Shown one piece after another: positions 28,491-41,172 of a stretch of DNA of 64,000 nucleotides (within the stretch, counting starts at the first letter, position 1; each line of letters starts with the position of its first letter). The translations under genes and the position numbers were made by a program. The notes beneath the pieces were generated by a model. The model saw nothing but the letters and a program-made list of their open reading frames with translations, did not search any database and was not told the origin of the DNA. The stretch is taken from the NCBI GenBank assembly GCA_963777865.1, contig CAVZSG010000014.1, positions 36,490 to 100,489 on the forward strand. The letters are read 5' to 3'. This stretch comes from an uncultured Chloroflexia bacterium. GTDB lineage: Bacteria > Chloroflexota > Chloroflexia > Thermomicrobiales > UBA6265.

Positions 28491-29842
28491 CTAGTCGGTG
28501 GTTTTACCCTCGAATCGTCGTTCGATCGCTCTTGCGTGCCCACCGAGACCTTCAGCGCGGGCAAGCGCAATCGTTGCCGGAGCAAGGCGTTCCAACGCAG
28601 CGCGATTGGCGGCAGCGACGTTGATCACTTTGACGAAGTCATTGAGATGGACGGGAGAGAAGAATCGTGCGCTGCCACCAGTTGGCATCACGTGACTCGG
28701 TCCAGTCGTGTAATCCCCCAGTGCCTCCGGACTGTCCTCTCCAATGAAGATTCCGCCGGCGTGTTTGACCAGCGGCACCAGATCCCACGGAGCTTTCGTG
28801 AGGAGACACAGGTGTTCCGGCGCGTAGGAATTGGCCAATTCGACTGCCAGCTTGAGGTCCGAAACAACTCCGATCACGCCGTTGTCCCGAAGCGATTGGC
28901 TGGCAATCTCGCAGCGATCAAGTTCCGCAACTTGTTTGGCTAATTCAATGACAACCTTGTCGGCGAGGGCCTGGGAGTCGGTCAGCAGGATTGCGGATGC
29001 CATCTGATCGTGTTCCGCCTGGGCGAGCAGGTCGGCGGCTACCAAGACGGGGTCGGCTGTGTCGTCGGCCACCAGCAGCGTTTCAGTCGGCCCGGGGAGC
29101 GCGTCAATCGCGGCGACTCCGTACAGCTTTTGCTTGGCGAGTACGACAAAGATGTTGCCGGGACCGTAGATCTTGTCAACGTGTGGAACGGTCTCGGTTC
29201 CGTACGCCATGGCCGCGATCGCCTGCGCGCCTCCAATCTGGAAGAGCCGTGAAACCCCGGCTACATGCGCGGCAGCCAGAATCAGATCGGACACCTTGCC
29301 TTCATGGGGAGGCGAGCAAACAATGATCTGCTCGACGCCAGCGATTACGCGCCGGAACCGCGGTCATCAGCAGCGATGATGGGTAAACGGCCGTTCCGCC
29401 CGGCGCGTAGATTCCGACTCGCTCAATCGGGCGGACCAGCTGACCGAGAATGCCTTCGCTGGTTGTCTCGAACCACGAGGTTCGCTTTTGATGCTCGTGG
29501 AACGTAGCGATTTGTTCGGCTGCAACCTGCAAAGCGCTTTGCAGTTCCGGAGTGAATCCGGTCGAAGGCAGCGGCCCATTCCGATGCTGGAACTTCGAGG
29601 TGGAGCGGTGCCTGGCCATCGATCGCTGCAGTCAAAGCGGCGACTCCGGCGTCACCCTCAGTCCGCACCCGGCGCAGAATCAGATCAACCACCTGTTCGG
29701 CGCTGAGGTCTTCTCCGAAGATGCGCTTCACCCCGGCCCTGGCATTCGGCGATAGCTCGGGCTCTGCGAATCCTCTCGTTCGACTTAGCGCGGTCCGGAC
29801 TTCGGTTTCGGCTGTCAGGACTCGTATCAACTGATCAGGCAC
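28491..29842 (-). CDS. hisD: histidinol dehydrogenase (at least two frameshifts, ~29300 and ~29420-29620)
   Basis: The fragments in three frames join in order. They carry [56 protein letters not shown] and [19 protein letters not shown]. Confidence 0.9.
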
Positions 29843-32283
29843 GGAGGACTCCCTCTACGCGCTGCTTGAGCACTTTTTCGATCTTCGGTCGGATCTTGAC
29901 CAGGTCGTTATCGGTCAGGGTTCGATCCGGTGCGGTGAATGTCAGGCGATAGGCCATGCTGATCTTGCCTTCGCCGACTTGTGGGCCGGAGAAAGTGTCG
30001 AACAGCGTAATGTCAGTGAGTAGCGGACCGGCGGCATTCCTGAATGCAGATTCGACGTCGGCCGCGGGAATGTTGTCGCTCACCACAACAGCGAAGTCCT
30101 GCTGGACCGGCAGGAAACGCGGGACGACGGCGTCACGTCCCCGTGGCGAGCGATTGCCGACATCAGTGCCGTGAGATTGATTTCGCCGGCCAATACCCGC
30201 TGATCATCAATTCCGTACGACTGCCGCAGTGGTCGGATGCAGTTCACCGAATCGCGCGACAACCTGCTCACCAATTCGGATCTCAGCCGACCGTCCCGGG
30301 TGAAATGCTGGGTGACTCCAGGCTGAAGTTGTTGTCTGTTTCGCGCCGAGGCGATCCAGGACCAGTTCGATGCGCCCTTCATTTCGAAGAAGTCGATCGC
30401 TTGTTTGCCCTGGTCAAGTCCCAACGAATCCCGCTTTCCGGCTGCGACCAGGCCGACCAACTCGACCTCATTTGGCATGGTCGATTCTGTCGGCACGTAC
30501 ACCCGCGCCAATCTCGAGCCAGCCGAACCGATTCGCTGTGCCTGAGGTTTTCGGCGAGCGACGGCAACATGGACGGAATCAGGGTCGGACGCATCAGGTT
30601 TCGGTCCGACTGCAGCGCGTTCTTGAGCCGGATCAGCCACTCGGTGTGGGAATCGACCACGATCGCCGCTGAACGCACCATCCGAGAATCGCTCTATGTC
30701 TGTCTGATCCACGGTCACATAGGTGATCGCCTCGTTGTACCCGGCACCGACCAGGGCAGCTCTGGCCGCAATCCGCATTCGATACATCGGGATCACGATG
30801 AACAGCCTGCGTCGCTCCAGACGGAAGCGTTGCGGGCAGTCGCTCGTACCCGGCGATGCGGGCGACTTCCTCGATAATGTCCTGACGGGTGGAGACGTCG
30901 CGGCGATACGACGGAACCTGTACCGAAAGCGTTTGACCTTCGATGGATGCATCGAAGTCGAGGCGCTGGAGGATGGCCAGGACTTCATCCTCGGCAATTT
31001 CCATTCCGAGCAACTGCTCTATGCGTGCGAACGGGAACGAGACCTCCCGAGGTTCGGGTTTGTCGGGGTAGTTGTCGGTATAGCCGGCGAATACGCGCAT
31101 CGGGGCAGAGCTCGCGAATCAGCTTGCGCTGCTCGTGCCACGGCGATCGGCAGGCTTTCCTGGTCGACTCCTCGCTCATACCGGGCACTGGCTTCAGTGC
31201 GGAGTTTAAGAGCCCGAGATGTCGCCCGCGTGATTGTCGGATCGAACCGGGCGACTTCCAGATAGAATCCGGGTCGTGTCGTCCGTAACTTCCGCGTCGA
31301 ATCCGCCCATGATTCCGGCCAGGCCGACCGGACGCGCTTCGTCGGCGATGACGGTCATCTCCGGAGTCAGGATTCGTTCGACGTGGTCGAGCGTTTCGAG
31401 CGTTTCACCGGGCTTGGCGGCACGAACAATGCAACGACCGTCGGCCAGGCGATCGCGAGTCGAAGGCGTGCATCGGAAAGCCGAATTCATGCATCACGTA
31501 GTTGGTCATATCGACGAGGTTGTTGATCGAGCGCATGCCGGCCGCCTCGAGTCGTCGCATGAGCCATTCCGGTGACGGTGCGACCTTCACGTTGTCGACC
31601 AGCAGCACCATGTACCGGCTGCAGCGAACTGGATCGAGGATTTCGACTGCATCAGCTGGACCGGCGGGAATCGAGACAGGTCGAGACACGGCGGCAGGGT
31701 GATCGGCTTGTCGAGCAGGGCCTGCACTTCGCGCGCGATGCCGTTGATCGAGAATGCGTGGGCCAGGTTCGGAGTGATCTCGAACTCGATGACGGTGTCA
31801 CCGAAGTATTCGATCAGCGGCATGCCGACCGGGGCGTCATCCGGAAGCACCAGGATGCCCTCGTGCTCATCGGACATGCCCAGCTCCTTCTCGGAGCAGA
31901 CCATGCCTTCCGATTTGATTCCGCGGATCATGCCCGGTTTGAGCGTTTTGATCTCTGGCGTCGGGCTATCGGAGTGCCCGTCATACAGGCGTGCTCCGGC
32001 CAGGGCAAGCACAACCTTCTGACCGGTTGCAATATTCGGCGCGCCAGTGACGACCGTCAATCGGTGTTCGCCGGCTGAGACATCGGCCAGGACGAGGCGA
32101 TCGGCATCCGGATGGCGTTCGACGTCGTTCACGTAGGCCGACGAAGACCTTGTCCGCCCACATTTCGCCGATTTGCGTGATCTTTTCGGCCTCGAGACCG
32201 GCCATGGTCAGCCGGTGGGCAAGTTCGACTGGGGGGATCCCAGGCTCAACAAAATCGGCCAACCATTTCATTGGAACCTTCAT
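29835..32283 (-). CDS. pheT: phenylalanine--tRNA ligase beta subunit (at least six frameshifts)
   Basis: N-terminus [12 protein letters not shown], the tRNA-binding domain ([15 protein letters not shown]...[15 protein letters not shown]), B3/4 and B5 pieces and the C-terminal FDX-ACB domain occur in order in alternating frames. The ATG overlaps the pheS TGA. Confidence 0.9.
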
Positions 32284-33370
32284 GACTGCACCTGACCCTG
32301 ACCGAAATCGACTCGCGCGAACTGACGAAGGAAACGAAGATCGTTGCCGGCAAACGCACGAATGTCGTTGACACCGTACTTGACCATCACCAGCCGCTCG
32401 ACCCCGAGTCCAAATGCCCAGCCCTGGACTTCATCCGGGTCGTAATTGACCCAACGAAGCACGTTCGGGTGGACCATTCCCGCCCCACCCATCTCGATCC
32501 AGCCGGAGTGCTTGCAGACCCGACAGCCCTTGCCGCCGCAGAACGGGCACGAGACCGCGAAGTCCACCCCCGGTTCTACGAACGGAAAGAAATCGCAGCG
32601 GAATCTGATCCTCGTCTCCGGTCCGAATAACTGGCGGGCAAGTTCGGTCAGAACTCCCTTGAGATCGGACATGGTGATGTGCTTGTCGACGGCGAGCCCC
32701 TCGATTTGATGGAACATCCACTCGTGCGAAGCGTCTTGCTGCTCGAAGCGATAGACACGACCCGGGCACGATCACCCGAACCGGAGGATCGCGCTGCTCC
32801 ATCACCCTGGCCTGCATTGGCGAGGTGTGGGTACGGAGGATCGACCTCGTCGCGATCGTCGTCGACGATCATCGTGTCCCAGACATCGCGTGCCGGATGG
32901 TTGGCCGGGATGTTGAGCATATCGAAGTTGTATTTGCCGATCTCGATCTTCAGGCCCGAAGACCGTTTCGAATCCGAGATAGGCGAAGATCTCGCTGACC
33001 TCATCGATCATCTGGGAGATCGGATGCACCGTGCCGACCAGCGGCGTCCGGCCCGGCAGGGTAACGTCGATGCGTTTCCGACGCCAGTCGTGCTTCCAGC
33101 GCACCGGACTGAAGGGCGACCTTGCGTGCGTCCAGTGCTGCAGTCAAGCACCTGTTTGACCTGGTTGGCCGCTCGCCCGACTTCGGGTCGCTGCTCGGCC
33201 GGAAGTTGTCCCATTCCGCGCAGGACTGCCGTGATCTCGCCAGTTGGGCCGAGATAGGTCTTCTCCCACTCAATGAGCGTGCCGAGGTCAGTTACCTCAG
33301 TCTCGAGCCTGGTCTGGGCGGTTGATTCAATTTGCTTGAGTTGATCGAGCAATGATGGTGGCGCTGTCAT
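32280..33370 (-). CDS. pheS: phenylalanine--tRNA ligase alpha subunit (several frameshifts)
   Basis: N-terminus MTAPPSLLDQLKQIE..., then GTVHPISQMIDEVSEIFAYLGFE, NIPANHPARD, and an intact C-terminal half FHQIEGLAVD...GWAFGLGVERLVMVKYGVNDIR. Confidence 0.9.
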
Positions 33371-33384
33371 AGTTCCAATCCGCG

Positions 33385-33650
33385 ACGAATACCGGGCATA
33401 CAAAAACCCCTCGGCAGGGACGAGGGGTTGCCACGCGGTACCACCCTGCTTCAACCCGCTCGGACGAGACGGATTGCGCTTGCTACCTGATAACGGGGGC
33501 ACCGGTCGATTTGTGGATCCTGAACCAGGAATCCGGGTCAACTGCTCGGGAGTGAATTCACCGGGGTTTGCCGCAATTCGCTTGCACCATTTGCGAATCT
33601 CTCTGATCGGCATCGGGACCGGCCACTGGTCTCCGTCTCTGCGTCGTGGA
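33385..33650 (-). promoter_or_regulatory. T-box riboswitch leader, predicted Phe specificity (UUC)
   Basis: The minus strand carries the T-box core AGCAGGGUGGUACCGCG (plus-strand 33434-33446), an AGAGAGAGA purine run, a distal hairpin AUUCGC/GCGAAU, and GGUGAA-UUC-A as the specifier context. Confidence 0.8.
33401..33429 (-). terminator. T-box leader intrinsic terminator
   Basis: Minus strand CCCCUCG-UCCCUGC-CGAGGGG followed by UUUUUG, about 30 nt upstream of the pheS ATG. Confidence 0.8.
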
Positions 33651-33776
33651 AGTATGAAGTCGAGGAGGCGAGAAGTCGAGAAGGTTTTCTTGTGGCATTG
33701 GTTCCGGTCAGATTCGACCCGGTCGAAGTAGGATTTGTGCACCCGCCACATTGCGGCCCAATGAGGACGATCGCCA

Positions 33777-34418
33777 ATGATTTCCACCGACACGCTTCCA
33801 TCCGACGAAATCGATTCGACACCTCCGGAGTCAAATGCTCGACTGCCGATGTGGCTCATCCTGATTCCGGTGCTCCTCGCCGCCGTGGCGGGAGTGATCG
33901 TGGGGTCGCTGGTTTTCGGCGGCGATGACTTCCCGGCCGATGACTCTGCCGACGCCGGATTCCTGCGCGATATGTCCGTCCACCATGCCCAGGCAGTGCG
34001 CATGGCCGGTTACGCCTACCGGGTCACGGATGACGAAGAAATCCGGACGCTTGCCTACGACATCCTGACGACTCAGCAGGGACAGATCGGCATCATGACT
34101 GGCTGGCTTGATGCGTGGGGATTGTCAACAACCGGACTTGACGCGCCAATGGCCTGGATGGGTCACGACATGGCAGGTCCCATGCCTGGCATGGCAACCG
34201 ACGAGGAGCTCGCGCTGTTCGAGACCTTGACTGGTCCGGATATGGATCGTGAGTTCCTGAGACTGATGATTGCCCACCATGTCGGAGGATCCGGGATGGC
34301 CAAGGCAGGTGTCGAGAAGGGTCAAACCGATCAGGTGAAACATCTGGCCGGCGCGATTTCTGAGACTCAGTCGGCAGAGACCACGTACATGCAGGAACTG
34401 CTGGACGCGCGCAAGTAG
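33777..34418 (+). CDS. DUF305 family protein (secreted or membrane-anchored)
   Basis: Two DUF305 repeats (DAGFLRDMSVHHAQAVRMA and DREFLRLMIAHHVGGSGMA) follow an N-terminal hydrophobic segment WLILIPVLLAAVAGVIVGSLVF. Confidence 0.85.
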   Translation: MISTDTLPSDEIDSTPPESNARLPMWLILIPVLLAAVAGVIVGSLVFGGDDFPADDSADAGFLRDMSVHHAQAVRMAGYAYRVTDDEEIRTLAYDILTTQQGQIGIMTGWLDAWGLSTTGLDAPMAWMGHDMAGPMPGMATDEELALFETLTGPDMDREFLRLMIAHHVGGSGMAKAGVEKGQTDQVKHLAGAISETQSAETTYMQELLDARK

Positions 34419-34472
34419 TTGCCCACGGTTGGCATCTATACTCGGCATCCAAGAGGTATCTGACGAAACTGA

Positions 34473-35777
<1,305 letters not shown>

Positions 35778-35787
35778 GCAGGCCAAC

Positions 35788-37540
35788 CTACGGGATATCG
35801 ATTACGGTTTCACATCCGTGACTCGATCCATTCAGCGAGTCTGCCCCGCCGGTGCCGCCATCGCAGACGTCAGTCCCGTCTCCACCAGAGTGGCTATCGT
35901 CGTTCGGCTTCACCGTTGACCAGGTCGTTGCCGTCTTCGCCAAACAGCTGATCGTTGCCGGAACCGCCAAGCAGGGTGTCGTCTCCGATGTTGCCCTGGA
36001 TGCTGTCGATTCCGTCTTCGCCAGAGATGATGTTTGCGCTTGTATCGAATGGCTCGTACGACGCGTTGTACCCCGCTCCGCCAGTTACAACATCGTTTCC
36101 GGTTCCACCGTAGATTGTGTCCGCCCCGCCCGACACTGCGCCCAGAAAGTCGCCATAAATCGTGTCGTTACCATCCTCGCCGGAAATGATGTCGTCTCCG
36201 GCTCCACCCTGAATCGTGTCGCCGTCCGGGCCACCGGTGATGGTGTCGTTTCCGGGATCGAGATCTGTCACCACGTTGGGAATGTAGTTGATGGAATCTG
36301 CGCCGGAACCTCCGCCAATGGTGTCTGTTCCCGGTCCGCCGAAGAGTTTGTCGAACCCAGCCTCACCGTAAATGGTGTCGTTGCCGTCGCCCCCGTATAT
36401 CGTGTCTTCGTTATTGCCGCCCGCGATCAGATCGTTACCAGCATCTCCGGTGATCGAATCGCTTCCGTTTTCACCGCTGACGATGTCGTTGCCATCAAGT
36501 CCTGCGATTATGTCTGAGTCCGCGCCACCGTTTATGGAATCGTCACCTGCGTCACCGGTGATTTCGTCCTGGCCGGCTTCGCCATAGATCAGGTCGTTCT
36601 CGGTGCCGCCATTTATCGTGTCGTCGGCAACTCCGCCATAGACCGTGTCAACTCCGGCTCCACCCAGGATTGTGTCGATTCCCGACCAACCATAAGCAAG
36701 ATCGTCTCCGGCCCCGCAATCGATTTCATCGTTGCCAGCGTCGACATCCAGCGCTCCTGGATTTGCCTGGTCGTTGCCGTCACCCAGGTTGTGGCGATCT
36801 TCACCCAGTCCGCCTTCGGTCTTGTCGTTTCCCGTCGATCCGGACATGTAATCGTTGCCGGCGCCTCCGATGAGCAGGTCGTTGCCAGATTCGCCGTACA
36901 TACGGTCGTCGCCGTCTTCGCCTGAGACCGTGTCATTGCCGGAACCGGCAACTAGCTTGTCAACGCCGGAACCACCGAATACTGTGTCAGCACCGCTGCT
37001 GGCCGAGACCGAATCGTTGTCGGCACCAGCCTTGATCAGGTCGTCGCCACCTTGGCCGTAGAGCCGATCCTTGCCCGCGTCACCGATAAGTTCATCGTTG
37101 TCATCCCCGCCAACGATCTTGTCATCCTCAGTTCCGCCGGATTCCTTGTCGGTACCAGCTTCGCCCGTCAGCGAATCAACTCCGGCGCCACCGAACAACA
37201 GGTCATTGCCAGCCCCACCGCGAATGGTGTCATTGCCGGTTCCGCCGTCGGCTTTGTCTGAGCCACCAAGAAGTGTGATGTCGTCATTTCCGCCACCGCC
37301 GCAGACAACGTCGTTGCCGCCAAGTCCCTTGATTGTGTCATTCCCGGCCGATCCGAGAATCACGTTATTGCCGGGGGTGCCATTGATTGGACCAGCGCCT
37401 GAAATCGTGACGGTATATGAAACGGCATCGACCACACAGGTGGCAGCCGAGGCGCGAGGCTGGAATACCTGAGTTGAAGCCAGAGCTACGACGACCAATG
37501 CGAGCCTGCGGATGCCGTGCGAGTTCATGGCTTGCCTCAA
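35788..37540 (-). CDS. secreted RTX-like calcium-binding repeat protein, paralog of 6310..8294 (frameshift near 35900-35970)
   Basis: Signal peptide MNSHGIRRLALVVVALAS...ASA and GGxGxDxL repeats throughout. The conserved tail CDGGTGGADSLNGSSHGCETVIDIP is read in ORF 35788..35970. Confidence 0.8.
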
Positions 37541-37629
37541 ATCTGATTGTGGACACGCGACAGTGCGGTTGGGGTCAGGATTTGGCCCACTGTAGCACGG
37601 CGAACGTTTCCAGTAATGTGGACCTGAGA

Positions 37630-38049
37630 CTAGTCGGTCCAGGGATTTAGGACCCGGACGCCAGTGTGTTCAAAGTCTCGAACGTTGCGCGTTACGAGCA
37701 CCAGGTCGTGCACAAGCGCGGTTGCAGCGATCAAGCCATCTGCTGCGGGAAGTGCGAATCCTGAACGAGTGACCTGCGCTGTGAGTCGTCCCCAGGCTCG
37801 TGCCACTTCGGCATCAATTGCCAGCACCCGGTCTGAAAACTGCGATTCGATTGCAAAGAGGGATTCCAGAAAGGCTTGCCGTTTGCGTCCCTCCGGCAAA
37901 AGGAATATCCCCTTGGTAATCTCGCCGATTGTCACGACGCTAATCCACAGCTCAACAGCGTTTTGACCCTGAATGAATTCGATAACACCCGCATTTGGTG
38001 ATGGTTTTCGGGTTTCGGACACGACATTTGTGTCTAGCAACGACTGCAT
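37630..38049 (-). CDS. vapC: type II toxin VapC (PIN domain ribonuclease)
   Basis: 139-aa ORF starting MQSLLDTNVVSE (the first PIN acidic residue), with later conserved D/E positions. Its ATG shares one base (38049) with the stop codon of the antitoxin ORF. Confidence 0.85.
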   Translation of the reverse strand: MQSLLDTNVVSETRKPSPNAGVIEFIQGQNAVELWISVVTIGEITKGIFLLPEGRKRQAFLESLFAIESQFSDRVLAIDAEVARAWGRLTAQVTRSGFALPAADGLIAATALVHDLVLVTRNVRDFEHTGVRVLNPWTD

Positions 38050-38288
38050 TAGTCCACATCACGCATTACTGATCGGTCTCGTTCCAACTCGAGTTCGCTA
38101 AAGTCAGGTCCCCTGAGCAACCAATCCTTGAAATCGATTCCTGGCCGCTTCTCGGTCTCGTACTGGTCACGTTCGACAACCACGAAAACAGTCCCGCGGC
38201 GCGACGATCTCCTGGGGAATGCCGCTCTGAGCCCTGTCCAGCAACTCACTTAGCCTGTTCTTCGCGTCCGCCACTTTCCAGGACGCAT
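38049..38288 (-). CDS. Phd/YefM-type antitoxin (frame-disrupted)
   Basis: ASWKVADAKNRLSELLDRAQSGIPQEIV is in one frame and continues as RRGTVFVVVERDQYE...DFSELELERDRSVMRDVD in ORF 38049..38249. The ATG at 38288 is off-frame by one base. Confidence 0.6.
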
Positions 38289-38342
38289 CGACCGGCGCTC
38301 CCTGTCGATTGTCTGGTTGCCATTTTCGCGCTCCATCGCTGT

Positions 38343-38355
38343 CTAGATAATCTAG
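38343..38355. promoter_or_regulatory. palindrome CTAGATAATCTAG, candidate TA operator next to a TTGACC -35 on the minus strand
   Basis: 6+1+6 palindrome about 55 nt upstream of the antitoxin start. The minus strand reads TTGACC-17/18 nt-TAGATT. Confidence 0.35.
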
Positions 38356-38389
38356 CTACATATTATCTGAGCGGTCAAGACAGCCTGAT

Positions 38390-39923
38390 TCAAATGAGCG
38401 GAGCGGTCGTCATGTCCACAGGAACCGGCAGTCCCAGCAGCATGAGAATTGTTGGCGCGACTGTTGAGAGCACCGAACCTTCGCGCAAGTGAACCGGACC
38501 AGCACCTATCAAGAGACACGGCACCGGATTTGTCGTGTGCGCAGTCATTGGGCCACCCGTGACCCGGTCGATCATTTCTTCGGCGTTGCCATGATCGGCT
38601 ATGACCAGCGCAATACCGTCGACAGCTTCGAGCGCGGCGATCACTCGACCGAGTTGCGTGTCGGCCGTTTCTACCGCAGTGACCGTTGCAGCGAAGTTGC
38701 CGGTGTGCCCGACCATGTCGCAATTGGCGAAGTTCACGACCAGAAACGCAAATCGCTCGGACGCGATCGCCGCAATCGTGGCGTCTGCAACCTGGACCGC
38801 GCTCATCTCCGGCTGCAGGTCGTAGGTCGGCACCATGGGTGACTGGATCATCACGCGTTCCTCACCGGGGAAAGGCTCCTCGCGTCCGCCATTCAGGAAA
38901 AACGTGACGTGGGGATACTTTTCGGTTTCGGCGCAGTGGAACTGGTTAAGTCCGGCCTCTGAAATCACCCTGGCCAGCGGATTGACCACATCATGCGGAG
39001 GAAATAGCACCGATACCGGCAGGTGCTCTTCATATCTGGTCAACGTGAGCACGCGTACCGTCGAACTGAGATCAATGGTTCGCGGAAACCCGGTGAAACC
39101 AGGCAGGGAAAGTGCCTCGGTCAGCTGGCGTCCACGATCCGAGCGGAAATTGGCAAACAGGAAAACATCACCGTCTGCGATAGTGGGATGGGTTCGCCAA
39201 CGATGGTTGGTTCGATGAATTCATCAGTGACGCCGTTTGCGTACGCGGACTCAATCGCCGTGCGAACATCCGGAGCGTGGTTGCCGATCCCCGCAGTGAT
39301 CAGGTCGTAGGCGGCTTGCGTCCGTTCCCATCGCTTGTCACGATCCATCGCAAAGTACCGACCACAGACCGATACCACTCGGCCCGAGTTGGTGCGCTCA
39401 AGTTCTGCTTCAAGGTCCGACACAAACCCCAGTCCACTGGTGGGTGAGGTATCGCGACCGTCGGTGAAGGCGTGGATGGCGATCTTGATGCATTCCTCGT
39501 TTCGCAGCGATCTGGGCAAGCGCGAGAATGTGGCGGGTGTGGCTGTGAACTCCGCCATTGCTCACCAGACCCGCCAATGTGCAGCGTCGAATCGCTGGCG
39601 ATGCACGAGTCAATTGCCGCGAGCAGGGTCGTATTCGCGGCCAGTTCACCGTCTTCGATCGCTTTATCGATGCGACTAATCCACTGGTAGACGACGAAGC
39701 CGGCGCCGATGTTGAGGTGCCCGACCTCCGAGTTGCCCATCTGGCCCTCGGGGAGGCCAACGGCAAGTCCCGAGGTCAGCAGGGTCGTGTTTGGATATCT
39801 GGCGAGCAAGTCAGTCATCACCGGTGTTCGAGCAGCGAGGATGGCATTGCCTGGTTCATCCCGGCCAATTCCCCACCCATCCAGAATGATCAAGGCGACT
39901 GGTCGGCGGGTGGAAGTTGTCAT
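38390..39923 (-). CDS. gpmI: 2,3-bisphosphoglycerate-independent phosphoglycerate mutase (at least three frameshifts)
   Basis: RPVALIILDGWGIG...NSEVGHLNIGAG, then LVSNGGVHSH, AFTDGRDTSP and NFANCDMVGHTG...ADHGNAEEM occur in order across four frames. Confidence 0.9.
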
Positions 39924-40027
39924 TTGGTCCTGCCTTGCTGGGTCACTGTCGCGTCAGTCGCGAGACAGGGGTATTATCCGGAGCGGTAAACCGTTCCTTC
40001 AATGATGCATGGAGTAGAGAGTTCAGT

Positions 40028-41110
40028 ATGGCCGAGTACAACGTAACGATGATCCCTGGCGATGGTATTGGTCCCGAAGTGGCCGAAGCGACCCAGCGAG
40101 TGCTTGAGGCAACCGGAATCAAATTCAATTGGGAGCATCGCGATATCGGCCTGACCGCGCTCGAAAAGCACGGTGATCTCCTGCCTCAGGAGACGCTGGA
40201 TTCGATTCGCAGGAACAAGATCGGCATCAAGGGCCCGACGACGACTCCGATCGGTGACGGATTCCGCAGCGTGAACGTCGGACTTCGCCAGGAACTCGGC
40301 CTTTACGCGAATCTGCGACCGGGCAAGACGATCAAGGGTGTTCAGAGCACGTTTGATGATGTCGACCTGGTGGTGGTGCGCGAGAACATGCAAGGCATGT
40401 ACAGCGGCATCGAGTTTGCCGAAGGCAAGCCCGAGACTGCCGAAGTAATTGCCAAGATCAACGAACTGAACAAGAAGAAGGTTGACCCGACTGCGGCGAT
40501 CAGTATCAAGGTGATCACCGAAGAGGCGACCCGCAAGATCACCAAGTTTGCGTATGAGTATGCCCGGGCAAACAAGCGCAAGAAGGTCACGATCGTGCAC
40601 AAGGCGAACATCATGAAGTTTGCCGACGGCTTGTTTCTGCGGGTTGCCCAGGACGTGGCCAAGGATTACCCGGACATCGAGACCAACGACCGAATCATCG
40701 ACAACATGTGCATGCAGCTGATGCAGAAGCCAGGCGAATACGACGTGATGGTGATGGCCAACCTGTACGGAGACATCGTGTCGGACCTGGTGGCGGGCAT
40801 GGTCGGTGGACTTGGCGTGGCTCCCGGTGGAAACATCGGCGAGGGCGTCGCTGTCTTCGAGCCAATTCACGGTTCTGCACCGACCCACGCCGGCAAGAAC
40901 GTCGCCAACCCGACGGCGATGATCCTTTCGGGTGCGCTCATGCTGCGGCACCTGGGCGAGCTCGAATCGGCAATTCGGATAGAGGATGCCGTAGCGTCGA
41001 TCATTGGAGCCGGTAAGGACGTTACGTACGACCTTCGCGCAGACCGTGATCAAAGCAAAGCGGTGGGCACCGACAAGATGGCAGACGCACTGATTGCTGC
41101 GATGGGGTAG
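40028..41110 (+). CDS. icd: isocitrate/isopropylmalate dehydrogenase family protein, most like NAD-dependent isocitrate dehydrogenase
   Basis: MAEYNVTMIPGDGIGPEV start and NLYGDIVSDLVAGMVGGLGVAPGGNIG motif. The start is taken at ATG 40028, not at the longer ORF start 39917. Confidence 0.85.
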   Translation: MAEYNVTMIPGDGIGPEVAEATQRVLEATGIKFNWEHRDIGLTALEKHGDLLPQETLDSIRRNKIGIKGPTTTPIGDGFRSVNVGLRQELGLYANLRPGKTIKGVQSTFDDVDLVVVRENMQGMYSGIEFAEGKPETAEVIAKINELNKKKVDPTAAISIKVITEEATRKITKFAYEYARANKRKKVTIVHKANIMKFADGLFLRVAQDVAKDYPDIETNDRIIDNMCMQLMQKPGEYDVMVMANLYGDIVSDLVAGMVGGLGVAPGGNIGEGVAVFEPIHGSAPTHAGKNVANPTAMILSGALMLRHLGELESAIRIEDAVASIIGAGKDVTYDLRADRDQSKAVGTDKMADALIAAMG

Positions 41111-41142
41111 TCGCTACAAATCAGGTGGCATTGAGACAACCG

Positions 41143-41172
41143 AATGGGCCCAGTCAATTGACTGGGCCCATT
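41143..41172. terminator. hairpin after icd
   Basis: Perfect palindrome ATGGGCCCAGTCAATTGACTGGGCCCAT followed by TTCTT. Confidence 0.6.

Noticed and set aside
25927-33370. True pseudogenisation of GH3, hisD, pheT and pheS as evidence of reductive evolution or a defunct locus
   Set aside because: pheS and pheT are indispensable and their domains are all present in order with good residue conservation. The damage consists only of frame shifts; I saw no missing domains and no stop codons interrupting the conserved in-frame segments. That pattern fits sequence error better than decay, although read data are needed to be sure.
33008-34003. 331-aa ORF on the minus strand spanning pheS upstream sequence
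   Set aside because: It is chimeric. Only the stretch from MTAPPSLLDQ (ATG 33370) down to about 33140 is pheS N-terminal coding sequence, and below that the frame-disrupted gene continues in other frames. The part above 33370 reads through the T-box leader and antisense to the DUF305 gene.
39974-41053. 359-aa ORF antisense to the icd-type dehydrogenase gene
   Set aside because: It lies entirely within a well-supported gene on the other strand, has Arg/His/Val-rich low-complexity composition and no recognisable motif. This is the typical shadow ORF of GC-rich DNA.
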